A stretch of 64,000 nt of DNA. It comes from Alphaproteobacteria bacterium. GTDB taxonomy: Bacteria; Pseudomonadota; Alphaproteobacteria; UBA828. The translations under genes were made by a program, and so were the position numbers. Of the stretch, positions 9,974 to 20,901 are shown in pieces. The stretch spans positions 1 through 64,000 of the forward strand of contig CBDEFM010000002.1 of assembly GCA_965237415.1 (NCBI GenBank). The letters run 5' to 3'. Under the pieces are notes generated by a model. The model did not search any database. It was given only the letters and a program-made list of their open reading frames with translations, and was not told where the DNA came from. Each line of letters starts with the position of its first letter. Within the stretch, counting starts at the first letter, position 1.

Positions 9974-10933
9974 CTAATTGGCCCGCGGATGCGCCGCCGT
10001 GTAGGCGGCGAGAAGCCCGGCTTCGTCGACCTCCGTGTAGCGCTGCGTGGTCGAGAGGCTGGCGTGCCCGAGGAGCTCCTGGATCGTGCGCAGATCGCCG
10101 CCGCCTGCGAGCAGATGGGTGGCGAAGCTGTGGCGGAGCGCGTGCGGGGTCGCAGAAGCCGGCAGGCCGAGCGCGCCGCGCAGCCGCGCCATCGTCTGCT
10201 GCACCAGGCGGGGCTGAAGCCGCTTGCCGCGCACGCCGACGAAGAGGGGATCGCCTGGCTCCAGCCGGTGCGGGCAGGCGGCGAGATAGTCGTTGATCGC
10301 TTCGGCCACGACGGGTAGCACCGGCACCACCCGCTGCTTGTTGCCCTTGCCCGTGATCATCAGGCTGTGGAGCTCGGAATCGGCGGCCGGCGCGTCGGCA
10401 CGATCGAGGGTCAATGCCTCGCCGATGCGGAGCCCGCAGCCGTAGAGCAGCAGCAGCACCGCGGTATCCCGGCGGGCGATCCAGTCGGGCGGCCCGGCGC
10501 TTAGCGCGTTCGGATCGACGACAGCCTTGGCCTGGCCCTCGGTGAGCGGCCGGGGCACGCCGCGCGGCGTGCGCGGCGCGCGCACCAGTGAGAGCGCCGA
10601 GGAGACGGGAACACCCTCGCGCTCGAGATGGCGGAAGAAGACGCGAACCGCCGAGAGCGCCCGGGCGGTCGAGGTCCGTGCGCGGCCTTCCGCCGCCCGC
10701 CGCGCGAGCCAGCCGCGCAGGTCGCGCACGCTGAGCGCAGCGAGAGCCGCGAGATCGGGCGCTCCACCCCGATGTTCCGCGAGGAAGCGCAGAAACTCGT
10801 CGAGGTCCCGCCGGTAGGCGGCGATCGTGTGGTCGGAGCGTCGCCGCTCATTGGCGAGGCGGCCGAGCCAGGTGTCGACCGCCATAGCGAGGTCGGCGGC
10901 GGCCGGCATCGGCCCGCTCGCCGGCCCGGTCAT
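9974..10933 (-). CDS. xerC: Tyrosine recombinase XerC
   Basis: [40 protein letters not shown]; tal-xerC-priA context. Confidence 0.9.
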   Translation of the reverse strand: MTGPASGPMPAAADLAMAVDTWLGRLANERRRSDHTIAAYRRDLDEFLRFLAEHRGGAPDLAALAALSVRDLRGWLARRAAEGRARTSTARALSAVRVFFRHLEREGVPVSSALSLVRAPRTPRGVPRPLTEGQAKAVVDPNALSAGPPDWIARRDTAVLLLLYGCGLRIGEALTLDRADAPAADSELHSLMITGKGNKQRVVPVLPVVAEAINDYLAACPHRLEPGDPLFVGVRGKRLQPRLVQQTMARLRGALGLPASATPHALRHSFATHLLAGGGDLRTIQELLGHASLSTTQRYTEVDEAGLLAAYTAAHPRAN

Positions 10934-11592
10934 GAGAGGATCGACTGGCCCGTCTTCTGCCAGTCTGCGAGGAAGGCGTCGAGCCCCTTGTCGGTGAGCG
11001 GGTGGCTCGCGAGCTTCCGCAGCACGCCCGGCGGCACCGTCGCCACATCGGCGCCGAGCTTCGCGGCCTCCACGACGTGGAGCGGGTGGCGGATCGAGGC
11101 GACCAGGATCTCGGTGCTGATGGTATCGGGGTAGGCGCGGTAGATCGTCGCGATCTCGCGGATCAGGCCCATCCCATCCTGGCTGATATCGTCGAGCCGG
11201 CCGACGAAGGGCGAGATGAAGGCAGCACCCGCCTTCGCCGCCAGCAACGCCTGGGAGGGTGAGAAGCAGAGGGTGACATTCACCTTGGTGCCGCCCTGGC
11301 TGAGCGCCCGACAGGCCTTCAGGCCGTCCCAGGTGAGCGGCACCTTGACTGCGACATTGGGCGCGATGGCAGCGAGCGCACGGCCTTCGGAGAGCATGGT
11401 TTCGACATCGGTCGCAGTGACCTCGGCGCTTACGGGGCCCGGCACGATGTCGCAGATGTTCCGGATCACGTCGAAGAAGTCGCCGCCCGACTTGGCGATG
11501 AGCGAGGGATTGGTGGTCACACCGTCGAGCAGGCCGGTCGCCGCCAGATCTTCGATTTCGGCAATGTCCGCCGTATCTACGAAAAACTTCAT
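10930..11592 (-). CDS. tal: Transaldolase / fructose-6-phosphate aldolase (short type)
   Basis: [40 protein letters not shown]. Confidence 0.9.
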   Translation of the reverse strand: MKFFVDTADIAEIEDLAATGLLDGVTTNPSLIAKSGGDFFDVIRNICDIVPGPVSAEVTATDVETMLSEGRALAAIAPNVAVKVPLTWDGLKACRALSQGGTKVNVTLCFSPSQALLAAKAGAAFISPFVGRLDDISQDGMGLIREIATIYRAYPDTISTEILVASIRHPLHVVEAAKLGADVATVPPGVLRKLASHPLTDKGLDAFLADWQKTGQSILS

Positions 11593-11792
11593 GCCGCCGC
11601 TCCGTCCGAGATCCTTCGTCCTGCGCCGGCCTTTCGAGCCATCGGGCTGGACGCCGTCGCGGGAGTGTTGCAGGACGAGAGCATGACCGCAGCATCCACG
11701 ACTCGAATCGGCTCCGGGCCGGCGAGTAACGCGGGCGGCCTCATAGCATGTCCCGCACGCCGTTACCATTCCGGCGCTGGGGATCAGGTGCC

Positions 11793-14027
11793 GTGAGCCG
11801 ATCGAGCGACCGGGAAGCGAGGAGCGCAAGCGCGCGCCCATCTACGCCTCCACCCGCTACCGTCGCCGTCCTGCTGCCGCTGCCGCTCGACCGCGTTTAC
11901 GACTACGCCGTGCCGGAAGAGCTTGGGGCCGACATTGCGCCCGGCTCCTTCGTGCGCGTGCCGCTCGGCAGGGTGGAGCGCATCGGCGTGGTCTGGGGCG
12001 AGGGCGAAGGCGACGTGGAGCCGGCGCGTCTCAAGCCGGTGACGGCGGTGCTGGAGTCGCCGCCGATGACCTCGCCGCTCCGTCGCCTGGTCGATTGGGC
12101 GGCCGACTATACGCTTGCACAGCGCGGCGCCGTTCTGCGTATGGCGATGAGCGTGCCTGCCGCCGTGGAGCCGCCGCCGATGCGGACCGCGTACCGGCGC
12201 GGGCAGGACGAGGCACCGCGCATGACGGAAGCCCGAAGTCGCGTGCTCGCGTTTTTGCAGGACGGGCCGCCGCGCACTGCCGCCGAGATCGCGCGCAAAG
12301 CCAATGTGGGAACCGCCGTGGTGCGCGGCCTGGCTGCCCTCGGCGCGGTCGAGGCGGTCTCGGTGCGCGAGGTCTCTGCCTTTGGCCGCCCCGATACGCG
12401 CCGTGCCGGCCCGATCTTGTCCGATGCGCAAGCAGACGCCGCTAACGCGCTGCGAGAGGCAGTCGCCGCCCGGGAATTCTCGGTCACCGTGCTCGACGGC
12501 GTAACCGGCGCCGGCAAGACCGAGGTCTATTTCGAGGCCGTCGCCGCGGCGCTCGATGCAGGCCATCAGGTGGTGGTGATGCTGCCCGAGATCGCGCTCA
12601 GCGCTCAGTGGCTGGGGCGCTTTCGCGCACGCTTCGGTGTGGAGCCCGCGGTTTGGCATTCCGAGCTCGGCACGCGCCAGCGCCGCGAGACCTGGCGCGC
12701 CGTCGCCGAGGGCCGGGCAGAGGTCGTGGTCGGCGCCCGGTCCGCGCTGTGGCTGCCCTTTCCATCGCTCGGTTTGATCGTCGTCGATGAGGAGCACGAC
12801 GCCGCCTTCAAGCAGGAGGACGGTGTCGTCTATCACGCCCGCGACATGGCGGTCGTCCGCGCGCGCCTGGAGGGGCGCCCTGTCGTTCTGGTTTCGGCCA
12901 CGCCGTCCCTGGAGACCGTGGTCAATATCGAGAATGGCCGCTATGGCCGCGTGCGGTTGCCTGATCGCCACGGCGGCGCACGGCTGCCCGCCATCGAAAC
13001 GGTCGACCTGCGCGAGACGCCGCCGGAACGGGGCGCGTGGCTCGCCCCGGCGCTACGCGCGGCCCTCGCAGAGACCCTGGAGGCCGGCGAGCAGGCGCTG
13101 CTCTTCCTCAACCGCAGGGGTTACGCGCCACTTACGCTCTGCCGGGCGTGCGGTCATCGCTTCCATTGCCCGAACTGCAGCGCCTGGTTGGTGGAGCATC
13201 GCTTCGCCGGCACGCTCGATTGCCATCATTGCGGCTACCGGCGGGGTCTGCCCGGGGCCTGCCCGGCTTGCGAGGCGGAGGACCGCTTCGCTGCCTGCGG
13301 TCCGGGAGTCGAGCGGCTCGCCGAAGAGGTGGACCGCGCTTTCCCTGGCGCCCGCTGGGTGGTGCTCACAAGCGATACGGTGCGCGGACCCAGCCAGGTG
13401 CAAGACCTGGTCGATGCCATCGCGGCCCATGAGGTCGACGTGCTCATCGGCACGCAAATGGTGGCCAAGGGGCATCACTTCCCGCAGCTCACGCTTGTGG
13501 GCGTGGTGGATGCCGATCTGGGACTTGCGGGCGGCGACATGCGTGCGGCCGAGCGCACCTATCAGCTGCTTCATCAGGTGGGGGGTCGCGCCGGGCGCGG
13601 CGGGCGCCCCGGCCGGGTCGTACTTCAGACCTATGCCGCCGAGCACCCGGTAATGACGGCGCTCGCCGTCGGCGACCGCGATTCCTTCATGGCGCGCGAG
13701 GCGGCGGCGCGCGAGACCCACGGCCTTCCGCCCTACGGCCGCCTCGTGGCGGTTATCGCGTCCGGCCCGAACGAGGCCGAGACGCTGCGCGCCGCATCCG
13801 CTCTCGCCCGCACCGCGCGTGCCGAGGAGAAGAGCCTCGGCTTCCAGGTGTTGGGGCCTGCGCCTGCACCGCTCAAGCTGCTGCGCGGGCGCCATCGCTT
13901 CCGCCTCCTCTTCAAGGCGCCGCGCGGCGTGCTGCTCCAGCCTCATCTGAGGCGATGGCTGGAGTCTCTCGACCGACGCACCCGCGCTCACCTCCAAGTG
14001 GATATCGACCCCCACAGCTTCATGTGA
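11793..14027 (+). CDS. priA: Primosomal protein N'
   Basis: [16 protein letters not shown], four CxxC, KGHHFP, GRAGR; start approximate. Confidence 0.95.
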   Translation: MSRSSDREARSASARPSTPPPATVAVLLPLPLDRVYDYAVPEELGADIAPGSFVRVPLGRVERIGVVWGEGEGDVEPARLKPVTAVLESPPMTSPLRRLVDWAADYTLAQRGAVLRMAMSVPAAVEPPPMRTAYRRGQDEAPRMTEARSRVLAFLQDGPPRTAAEIARKANVGTAVVRGLAALGAVEAVSVREVSAFGRPDTRRAGPILSDAQADAANALREAVAAREFSVTVLDGVTGAGKTEVYFEAVAAALDAGHQVVVMLPEIALSAQWLGRFRARFGVEPAVWHSELGTRQRRETWRAVAEGRAEVVVGARSALWLPFPSLGLIVVDEEHDAAFKQEDGVVYHARDMAVVRARLEGRPVVLVSATPSLETVVNIENGRYGRVRLPDRHGGARLPAIETVDLRETPPERGAWLAPALRAALAETLEAGEQALLFLNRRGYAPLTLCRACGHRFHCPNCSAWLVEHRFAGTLDCHHCGYRRGLPGACPACEAEDRFAACGPGVERLAEEVDRAFPGARWVVLTSDTVRGPSQVQDLVDAIAAHEVDVLIGTQMVAKGHHFPQLTLVGVVDADLGLAGGDMRAAERTYQLLHQVGGRAGRGGRPGRVVLQTYAAEHPVMTALAVGDRDSFMAREAAARETHGLPPYGRLVAVIASGPNEAETLRAASALARTARAEEKSLGFQVLGPAPAPLKLLRGRHRFRLLFKAPRGVLLQPHLRRWLESLDRRTRAHLQVDIDPHSFM

Positions 14028-14118
14028 CCCGCGCTCGCCGTGACTCGTTCCCCCGCCTTTGCTAGGGTCGCCCAGGCTTTACCACCGATGCGGACGATGG
14101 GAGCGCAGGGGGGACGCC

Positions 14119-14949
14119 ATGATCATCCAGACCCAGGCTGAAGAGCGGAAGGACGGCGCCCGTTTCGCCATCACCCTCGACGAGCATCTCCAATTGGCGA
14201 GCCAGCTCGCCGAGAATTTCGGCAACGACACCTTCGCTCGGCCCGAGCCGCGCGACTACTTCCTCTATGCCTGCCGTTGGCACGACAAGGGCTGGAAGGA
14301 CCTGGACGACAACCCGCCGCTCGACCCCGAGACCGGGCTGCCTTACAACCTGGTGGAGACGCCGATCCCCATCATCACGCTGACCGGCTGCCGCTCGCCC
14401 GAGTACAACGAGGCGCACCACGCCTATTGCGGGCTGCTGGACAGCATGCACATCTGGGGCCTCTACAACGGACGCTACGGGCTCTCGGACAAGGTGCTGA
14501 TCGACATCGTGCCGGAGCAGCACCGCCTCGCCGCCGAAACCATGCTAACCACCGAGCGCCAGCGCCAGGAGCGGCTCACCGCCGTGCTGCAGGACGATCC
14601 CAATACCGCACCCTGGGTCGAGGAAGAGCGGCTCTTCGCCAACTACAAGGCGCTGCAGTTCTTCGATACCTTCGCGCTCTATTTCAACTGCGTGCATCCG
14701 GAGGGACGCGGCGAGAGCACCTTTGCCAACGTGCCGCGCGGGGTCGACGACGATGTCAGTGTCGAGGTCCGCGCGCTGGGCGATGGGGTATACAGCCTCG
14801 ACCCCTATCCCTTCCGCGACGACGGCCTCGAGGTGTCGTTCACCGGCCGCCATCTCGCCCCCTTTGGCGCCGACGACAAGCCCGACATGGCTGCGGTGAT
14901 GCGGGAGACCCCGCGCGAGCGCCAGAGCGCCCGGCTGATTGCAGCCTGA
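14119..14949 (+). CDS. DUF3891-like protein
   Basis: H..LA.QLA..FGN, HDKGW..LD, LLDSMH, LDPYPF pattern. Confidence 0.6.
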   Translation: MIIQTQAEERKDGARFAITLDEHLQLASQLAENFGNDTFARPEPRDYFLYACRWHDKGWKDLDDNPPLDPETGLPYNLVETPIPIITLTGCRSPEYNEAHHAYCGLLDSMHIWGLYNGRYGLSDKVLIDIVPEQHRLAAETMLTTERQRQERLTAVLQDDPNTAPWVEEERLFANYKALQFFDTFALYFNCVHPEGRGESTFANVPRGVDDDVSVEVRALGDGVYSLDPYPFRDDGLEVSFTGRHLAPFGADDKPDMAAVMRETPRERQSARLIAA

Positions 14950-14961
14950 GCGCCGCGCCGC

Positions 14962-15495
14962 TTGTGTCCGAGGCCCTGGACTGTGCCTGCCGCCGCGCGA
15001 TCGAGTCCCGTCGAGGTGCTTGGACTGGACCATGTCGTGCTCCGGGTCGCGGACATCGAGGCCTCGATCGACTGGTACAAGCGGGTGTTAGGCTGCACCG
15101 TCGAGCGGCGCATCGAGAACTTCGGGCTCTACCAACTGCGCGCCGGCACGAACCTGATCGATCTTGTCCCCGTCGACAGCAAGGCCGGCAAGCCGGGCGG
15201 CGCGGCCCCGGGCAAGACGCGGCGCAACATGGAGCACTTCGCGCTGAGACTCGCCGCCTTCGACGAGAAGAAGCTCCGCCGCTACTTCAAGCGGCGCGGC
15301 GTGGAGACGGGCGAGACGGCACGGCGCTACGGCGCCGACGGCCACGGCCCTTCGCTCTACCTCACCGACCCGGACGGCAATACGGTCGAGCTCAAGGGGC
15401 CGCCCGATGCGGACCAGAGCGAGAGGGTCGCGGAAGCCGAGTACCCGGCCCGTTCGCGGGCAGGGGCCGCAGTCGAACGGAGCAAGCAGGCATGA
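14962..15495 (+). CDS. VOC/glyoxalase family protein
   Basis: LDHVVLRV, HFAL, SLYLTDPDGNTVEL; start uncertain. Confidence 0.85.
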   Translation: MCPRPWTVPAAARSSPVEVLGLDHVVLRVADIEASIDWYKRVLGCTVERRIENFGLYQLRAGTNLIDLVPVDSKAGKPGGAAPGKTRRNMEHFALRLAAFDEKKLRRYFKRRGVETGETARRYGADGHGPSLYLTDPDGNTVELKGPPDADQSERVAEAEYPARSRAGAAVERSKQA

Positions 15496-16538
15496 AGGCG
15501 GTCGTCATCCACCGTCACGGCGGGCCGGAAGAACTCGTCTACGAAGACATCGAGACACCGGCGGTCGGGCCTGAGGACGTCCTCATCAACCTGGAGACGG
15601 TCGGTCTCAACCACTTCGACCTCGACGTGTGCGACGGCATCTCGGGATATCTCAGCCTGGACATGCCTCACATCCTCGGTGTCGAGGGCGCGGGCACTGT
15701 CGCCGAGGTGGGTTCCGCGGTGACTGCCTTTCGCCCCGGCGACCGGGTCATGCCCTTCCTCACCTTCACGTCCGGCCTCTGCCGGCACAAGGTGTGCAAC
15801 TGCGCGCTCGGCATGGACAACATCTGCCTCGACTTCGAGAAGCTGGGCGTGACCTGTTGGGGCACCTACGCGGAATATGTAAATGTCTCCCACCACAATG
15901 TGATTCGTATTCCCGACGGCGTCTCGGCGCTGGATGCGGCGGCGGGGCAGGTCGCCTTCGCCACCGCCTGGGAGCTTGTGGTGAAGAAGGCGCAGGTGCG
16001 CCAGGGCGAGGACGTGCTCATCAACGCCGCCGGCAGCGGCGTCGGCTCGGCCGCGATCCAGTGTGCCCGCGTTGCAGGGGCGCGGGTGATCGCCACCGCC
16101 GGCTCCGACGACAAGCTCGCACGCGCGCGCCAGCTAGGCGCCGACGAGGTGATCAACTACAACGAGACCCCGGCGATCGGCGAGGCCGTGCGCGGCCTCA
16201 CCGATGGCCGCGGCGTCGATGTCTGCATCGAGATGGTGGGCGGGTCGGTGCTGCAGCAGAGCCTCGACGCGCTCGCGCTCAACGGGCGGCTGGCCACCTG
16301 CGGCGCGCATGCGGGCGAGAAGGTCGAGATCGATATGATCGAGTTCTTCCGCAAGCAGATCACCATGACGAGCTGCCATTTCGCGCCGAAGTCCACCAAC
16401 AGCGAGGTCCTGCGCCTGATGGAGCAGGGCAAGCTCAGGCCGGTGATCGGCGAGGTCCTGCCGTTGGCGGAAATGCGCACGGCGCACGAGCGTCTCGCAG
16501 CGCGCGCCGTCTTCGGCAAGGTTGTGCTTGAAGTGTAA
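15492..16538 (+). CDS. Zinc-binding alcohol dehydrogenase / quinone oxidoreductase family
   Basis: PHILGVEGAG, Cys cluster CRHKVCNC..C, AAGSGVG, FGKVVL. Confidence 0.85.
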   Translation: MKAVVIHRHGGPEELVYEDIETPAVGPEDVLINLETVGLNHFDLDVCDGISGYLSLDMPHILGVEGAGTVAEVGSAVTAFRPGDRVMPFLTFTSGLCRHKVCNCALGMDNICLDFEKLGVTCWGTYAEYVNVSHHNVIRIPDGVSALDAAAGQVAFATAWELVVKKAQVRQGEDVLINAAGSGVGSAAIQCARVAGARVIATAGSDDKLARARQLGADEVINYNETPAIGEAVRGLTDGRGVDVCIEMVGGSVLQQSLDALALNGRLATCGAHAGEKVEIDMIEFFRKQITMTSCHFAPKSTNSEVLRLMEQGKLRPVIGEVLPLAEMRTAHERLAARAVFGKVVLEV

Positions 16539-16549
16539 CGGAGCAGGGT

Positions 16550-17533
16550 ATGGCGGAGCTGGAACTGCGCAAGGTCGAGCGCTGGCATCAAAGGAACATC
16601 ATTCTCGACGGCCTCAGCATGAAGGCGCCGTCGGGCCGCATCACGGCGCTGTTGGGCGATGACGACTCGGGCCGCCTGACGGCGCTCAAGGTCATCGCCG
16701 GAATCGAGAAGCCGCAAGGCGGCTCCATCCTGATCGACGGCGACGACGTGCTGAGGGAGAAAGAGGGGATGCGCGAAGCGGCGACGGTCTTCCGCTCCGC
16801 CGCGCTGATGCCGCACAAGACGGCCTTCGACAACATTGCCTATCCGCTCAGGATCGCCCGCTTCGACAGGGAGACGATCGAGGCGCGTGTGCTTGCCGTC
16901 GGCGAGCATTTCGGGTTGATCGACGTGCTCACGGAGCGGCCGAAGAGGCTCACGGACGTCCAGTGCTACCAGATCGGCCTCGCACGCGCGCTGGTGCGCG
17001 ACCCCGGTGTCTACCTCTTCGAACTGCCGACGGAGGAGGACAGGGTCATACGCGAACTCGCGATCAGCGAGATGCGGCGGCTCAGGGATGAGTTCGGCCG
17101 TACCGTGGTCTATGCCGCCGGCACCGTCGAGGAGGCGCGCGAGCTCGCCGACTGGATCGTCGTCCTCCACGAAGGGCGAAAGCTGCAGATGGGCAGCCCG
17201 CAGAGGATCATTCAGTGGCCCGCCTCGCGCCAGGTCGCAAAGCTCTTCGGCGCCAAGCTCCGCGCCGCGCGCGTGATAGGCACGGAGGAGAACGCCCTCA
17301 CGGTGCGTCTCAAGGACGGTACGGTCCTTACACTCGCCTGCGAATCCGACGATGCGGCCGCGGACGAGCGCGCCACCCTCGCCATCTGGCCGGAACACAT
17401 CGGCCGCGAGGGCGAGATGCCAGTCTACCCGCCTGAGCACTGTTACCTGTTCAACGAACGCGGGCACTTGGTGGTGGGACCGTTTGGGCTCCCTCCGAAG
17501 CCAAAAAAGAAGAGCGCTGCCCGACGGCGGTGA
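16550..17533 (+). CDS. MalK-like ABC ATPase homolog with degenerate catalytic motifs
   Basis: MalK-like context (IAGIEKP.GGSI, PHKTAFDNIAYPL, RALVRDP) but Walker A GDDDSGRLT, signature LTDVQ, Walker B YLFELP. Confidence 0.75.
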   Translation: MAELELRKVERWHQRNIILDGLSMKAPSGRITALLGDDDSGRLTALKVIAGIEKPQGGSILIDGDDVLREKEGMREAATVFRSAALMPHKTAFDNIAYPLRIARFDRETIEARVLAVGEHFGLIDVLTERPKRLTDVQCYQIGLARALVRDPGVYLFELPTEEDRVIRELAISEMRRLRDEFGRTVVYAAGTVEEARELADWIVVLHEGRKLQMGSPQRIIQWPASRQVAKLFGAKLRAARVIGTEENALTVRLKDGTVLTLACESDDAAADERATLAIWPEHIGREGEMPVYPPEHCYLFNERGHLVVGPFGLPPKPKKKSAARRR

Positions 17534-17807
17534 GCGTCGAGACGGCACGTCCCGCTTTCGCATTGCGGCTGCCGTGCTCCGCTACCCCGCAGTATTTCTC
17601 GTGGATAACCGTGTTTCGGAGCATAACTCGATCAACATATAGCGACTATAAATAGTGTACTACTACGATATATTGAAAACTCGGCAACATATGTGGTAAG
17701 ATGCGGCACCCTGATCATTGTGCCGTGCTCGCAGCCTTATTGCCATTCTCGCACTGCACGCACTAGAATGGAGTAGCAACGTCTGCCTCCAACGAGTTTT
17801 CCCTCAG

Positions 17808-18464
17808 ATGATCGACCACGCCGCCGCCCGTCGCAACATGGTCTCGGGCCAGATCAGGACCAACCGCGTCACCGACGAGCGGATCATCGAAGCGATGGAG
17901 GAGATCCCTCGCGAGCGCTTCGTTCCGCACGCCAAGCGGGGCGTCGCCTATGTGGACGAGGACGTGAAGATCGCGTCCGGCCGCTACCTGATGGAGCCCA
18001 TGGTGCTGGCGCGGCTGGTCCAGGAGTCAAATATAGCGGCCGATGACATGGTCCTCGATGTCGGCTGCGGCACGGGCTACGCAACGGCGATCATGGCTCG
18101 CCTCGCCGGTACCGTGATCGCACTGGACGTCGACAAATCGCTCGCCGCGGAGGCGGAGCGCACGCTGAGCGCGGTGGGCGCCGACAACGCGATCGTGATG
18201 ACCGGCCCGCTCGCCGAGGGCTGCGCCCGCCAGGCGCCCTATGACGTCATCCTGTTGGGCGGTGCGGTGGATCACCTGCCGCAAGCGCTGGCGGACCAAC
18301 TGGCCGAGCGGGGCAGGATTGTCGGCGTCCTGCGCAAGGCCGGTGGGGTGGGGCAGGCGACCCTCTGGGCGAAGCACCGGGGCGCGCTATCCAGCCGCAG
18401 CCTGTTCGAGGCGTCGCTTCCGCCGCTTCCCGGCATCGCTCGTCCCGTGCACTTTGAGTTCTAA
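17808..18464 (+). CDS. pcm: Protein-L-isoaspartate O-methyltransferase
   Basis: ARRNMV.GQ, PRERFVP, VLDVGCGTGY, APYDVI; pcm-rhodanese-tolC order. Confidence 0.9.
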   Translation: MIDHAAARRNMVSGQIRTNRVTDERIIEAMEEIPRERFVPHAKRGVAYVDEDVKIASGRYLMEPMVLARLVQESNIAADDMVLDVGCGTGYATAIMARLAGTVIALDVDKSLAAEAERTLSAVGADNAIVMTGPLAEGCARQAPYDVILLGGAVDHLPQALADQLAERGRIVGVLRKAGGVGQATLWAKHRGALSSRSLFEASLPPLPGIARPVHFEF

Positions 18465-18468
18465 AACC

Positions 18469-18798
18469 ATGGATGGGGAGGTGCCGGCGCTTTCGGTCGG
18501 GGACTTCGCGGCGCTGCGCGCGAGTCAGGGGGACTACGCGCTGCTCGATGTGCGCGAGCCCTGGGAGGTGGCGCTCGGCGCGCTGCCGGAGGCGATGACC
18601 ATCCCCATGAACGAGCTGCCCGATCGGCTCGACTCGCTGCCAGCAGACCGCCCGCTGGTGGTGCTGTGCCACCACGGCCAGCGAAGCGGTCATGTCACGG
18701 CATGGCTGCAGCGGCTCGGCTACGACAATGCGGTCAATCTGGAAGGCGGTATCGACGCGTGGGCGCGTGCTGTCGATCCCGCCATGCCGACCTACTGA
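18469..18798 (+). CDS. Rhodanese-like domain protein
   Basis: LLDVREPWE, CHHGQRS, NLEGGIDAW. Confidence 0.9.
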   Translation: MDGEVPALSVGDFAALRASQGDYALLDVREPWEVALGALPEAMTIPMNELPDRLDSLPADRPLVVLCHHGQRSGHVTAWLQRLGYDNAVNLEGGIDAWARAVDPAMPTY

Positions 18799-18810
18799 GG
18801 GGAGCGGCCC

Positions 18811-20211
18811 ATGACTCGCGATCGACGAACCTACGCGACTGGTATGATCGCCCTTTTCGCGCTCTTTGCGGCGCTTCTCGTTGGCGCATCGGCGCAATTC
18901 CACAGTGCCGCTGCGCAGACCCTGGAAGAGGCGCTCGTGCTCGCCTACCAGAACAATCCTACCTTGCAAGCCCAGCGTGCACGCCTGCGGGCGGTGGACG
19001 AGGAGGTGCCGGAGGCGCTGGCCGGCTGGCGCCCCACGATCGAGATCGTGGGGGATGTCGGCGCCCTGTACAGCAATACAGACGGCATGATTCCCAACAG
19101 CGGGAGCAGCACGGTCGCCCCCTACGGCGTCGGGCTCACGGCGGTCGCGCCCGTTTACCAGGGTGGGCGCGTTGCCGCCCAGATCGAATCGGCAGAGAAC
19201 CGCGTCAGCGCGGGACGGGCACAGCTTCAGGCGGTCGAGCAGACGATCCTGCTCGACACGGCGACCGCCTACATGGACGTGCTCCGCTATCTGGCCGAAA
19301 TAGAGCTCAGCGTTAGCAGTGAGCGAGTGGTGCGGCGTCAGCTGCAGGCGGCGCAGGACCGGCTCGATGTCGGCGAGGTGACGCGCACTGACGTGGCTCA
19401 GGCCGAGGCCCGGCTCGCGCAGGCGGGCGCGGAGCGGGTCGCGGCGGAGGGCGGCATGATGTCGGCCCGGGCCGTTTACCGGCGCGTGACCGGCGAGCCG
19501 CCGGGCAAACTGTCCTGGCCGCCGGTCCCCATGGGACTGCAAGAGAGCGAAGAGGACGCGCTCGCCGCCGCGGCCGAGGGCAACCCATCGATCGCCGCGG
19601 CGTCGTTCATCGCGCACGCGTCGGAGGCGGATATCGACACGGCAGCCTCGGCACTCAGGCCGCAGGTCTCGATCGTGGGCAACGTTCGCCAGCGCTTTGA
19701 CCCGTCGGACCTCATCGAATCGACCGCCGATGCCTCGTTGATGGCGACCGTGCGCGTGCCGCTCTATCAGGGTGGCGCCGCGAACGCGCGCATCCGCCAG
19801 TCGAAGCAGATAGCGGCGCAGCGGCGCCTGGAGCTCGATCAGGCCCGGCGCGCGGTGCAAGAGCAAGCTGCCCATGCCTGGAGAGCGCTCACCGCGGCAC
19901 GGGCACAGATCACCGCGTTTGAGTCTCAGGTGGCTGCGGCGGCCGTTGCCCTTGACGGCGTCGAGCAAGAGACACGGGTCGGCCTGCGAACGACGCTCGA
20001 CGTGCTTGACGCCGAACAGGAGCATTTCAAGGCACAGCTCAACCTGGTCCGGGCGAAGCGGGAGGAGATCGTCGCCGCCTATCGGTTGAAAGCGGCGGTC
20101 GGTGCACTCACCGCGCGGCAGCTCGGGCTCCCGGTCGACTTGTACGATCCTGAGGAGCACTACCGGAGCGTGCGCGAGAGTCCTGGAGAGTGGCTGTGGT
20201 CGGACGAATGA
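18811..20211 (+). CDS. tolC: TolC family outer membrane protein
   Basis: QTLEEAL..AY.NNP, GEVTRTDVAQA, GLRTTLDVLDAEQE. Confidence 0.9.
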   Translation: MTRDRRTYATGMIALFALFAALLVGASAQFHSAAAQTLEEALVLAYQNNPTLQAQRARLRAVDEEVPEALAGWRPTIEIVGDVGALYSNTDGMIPNSGSSTVAPYGVGLTAVAPVYQGGRVAAQIESAENRVSAGRAQLQAVEQTILLDTATAYMDVLRYLAEIELSVSSERVVRRQLQAAQDRLDVGEVTRTDVAQAEARLAQAGAERVAAEGGMMSARAVYRRVTGEPPGKLSWPPVPMGLQESEEDALAAAAEGNPSIAAASFIAHASEADIDTAASALRPQVSIVGNVRQRFDPSDLIESTADASLMATVRVPLYQGGAANARIRQSKQIAAQRRLELDQARRAVQEQAAHAWRALTAARAQITAFESQVAAAAVALDGVEQETRVGLRTTLDVLDAEQEHFKAQLNLVRAKREEIVAAYRLKAAVGALTARQLGLPVDLYDPEEHYRSVRESPGEWLWSDE

Positions 20212-20238
20212 TCGTTATCGACGCGGGAGAGTGAGGAC

Positions 20239-20835
20239 ATGGAAAAGCCGGCGCTGGCCGATCACCCGATCCACGAAATGATGAAGCGACGCTGGAGCCC
20301 GCGCGCATTCACGCCGCGCCCGATGCCCCGCGCGGACATTCTTACGCTGCTGGAGGCCGCGCGCTGGGCGGCGTCGAGCTTCAACCAGCAGCCCTGGCGC
20401 TTCCTGGTCGCGACCAGGGACGATGAAGAACGCTTCGCGCAGTTGCTCGATTGCCTGGTGCCCGGAAATCAGGTGTGGGCGCGGAACGCGTCGCTGCTCA
20501 TCCTTACCGTGACCAAGCGCACGTTCGACCACAACGACTCGCCCAACAGTTGTGCCGTCCACGATATCGGACTCGCCGCCTGCCAGCTCGTCTTGCAGGC
20601 CACGGAGCTCGGGTACGCCACCCACCAGATGGCGGGCATCGAAGCGGAAAAAATCCGGGAGACCTATGGCGTGCCGGAGGGCTTCGATCCCGTAACGGGG
20701 ATCGCCGTCGGCTATGCCGGGGACCCGGGCACCCTTCCCGACGAACTCCGTGAGATGGAGCTTGAGGCGCGGACGCGGCGCCCGTTCGGCGAGTTCGTCT
20801 TCTCCGACCGCTGGGGCCAGTCCGCCGGCTTCTGA
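20239..20835 (+). CDS. Nitroreductase family protein
   Basis: RRWSPRAF, AASSFNQQPWRF, HQMAG. Confidence 0.9.
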   Translation: MEKPALADHPIHEMMKRRWSPRAFTPRPMPRADILTLLEAARWAASSFNQQPWRFLVATRDDEERFAQLLDCLVPGNQVWARNASLLILTVTKRTFDHNDSPNSCAVHDIGLAACQLVLQATELGYATHQMAGIEAEKIRETYGVPEGFDPVTGIAVGYAGDPGTLPDELREMELEARTRRPFGEFVFSDRWGQSAGF

Positions 20836-20901
20836 CCACGGGTGCCCACGGGTCCCTGCGGAGCCTGAGCAAAGATCACTAGACGCATCCGGGGGCGAAG
20901 G

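Noticed and set aside
9974-10933. XerC as the integrase of the island
   Set aside because: Lies in the housekeeping tal-xerC-priA context, 13 kb from the island.
9974-11695. 573-aa extended XerC in the ORF track
   Set aside because: The extension is an alternative frame over tal; the real start is near 10933.
14277-16538. 753-aa fused dehydrogenase ORF
   Set aside because: The upstream part is shadow frame over two real genes; the dehydrogenase starts at 15492.
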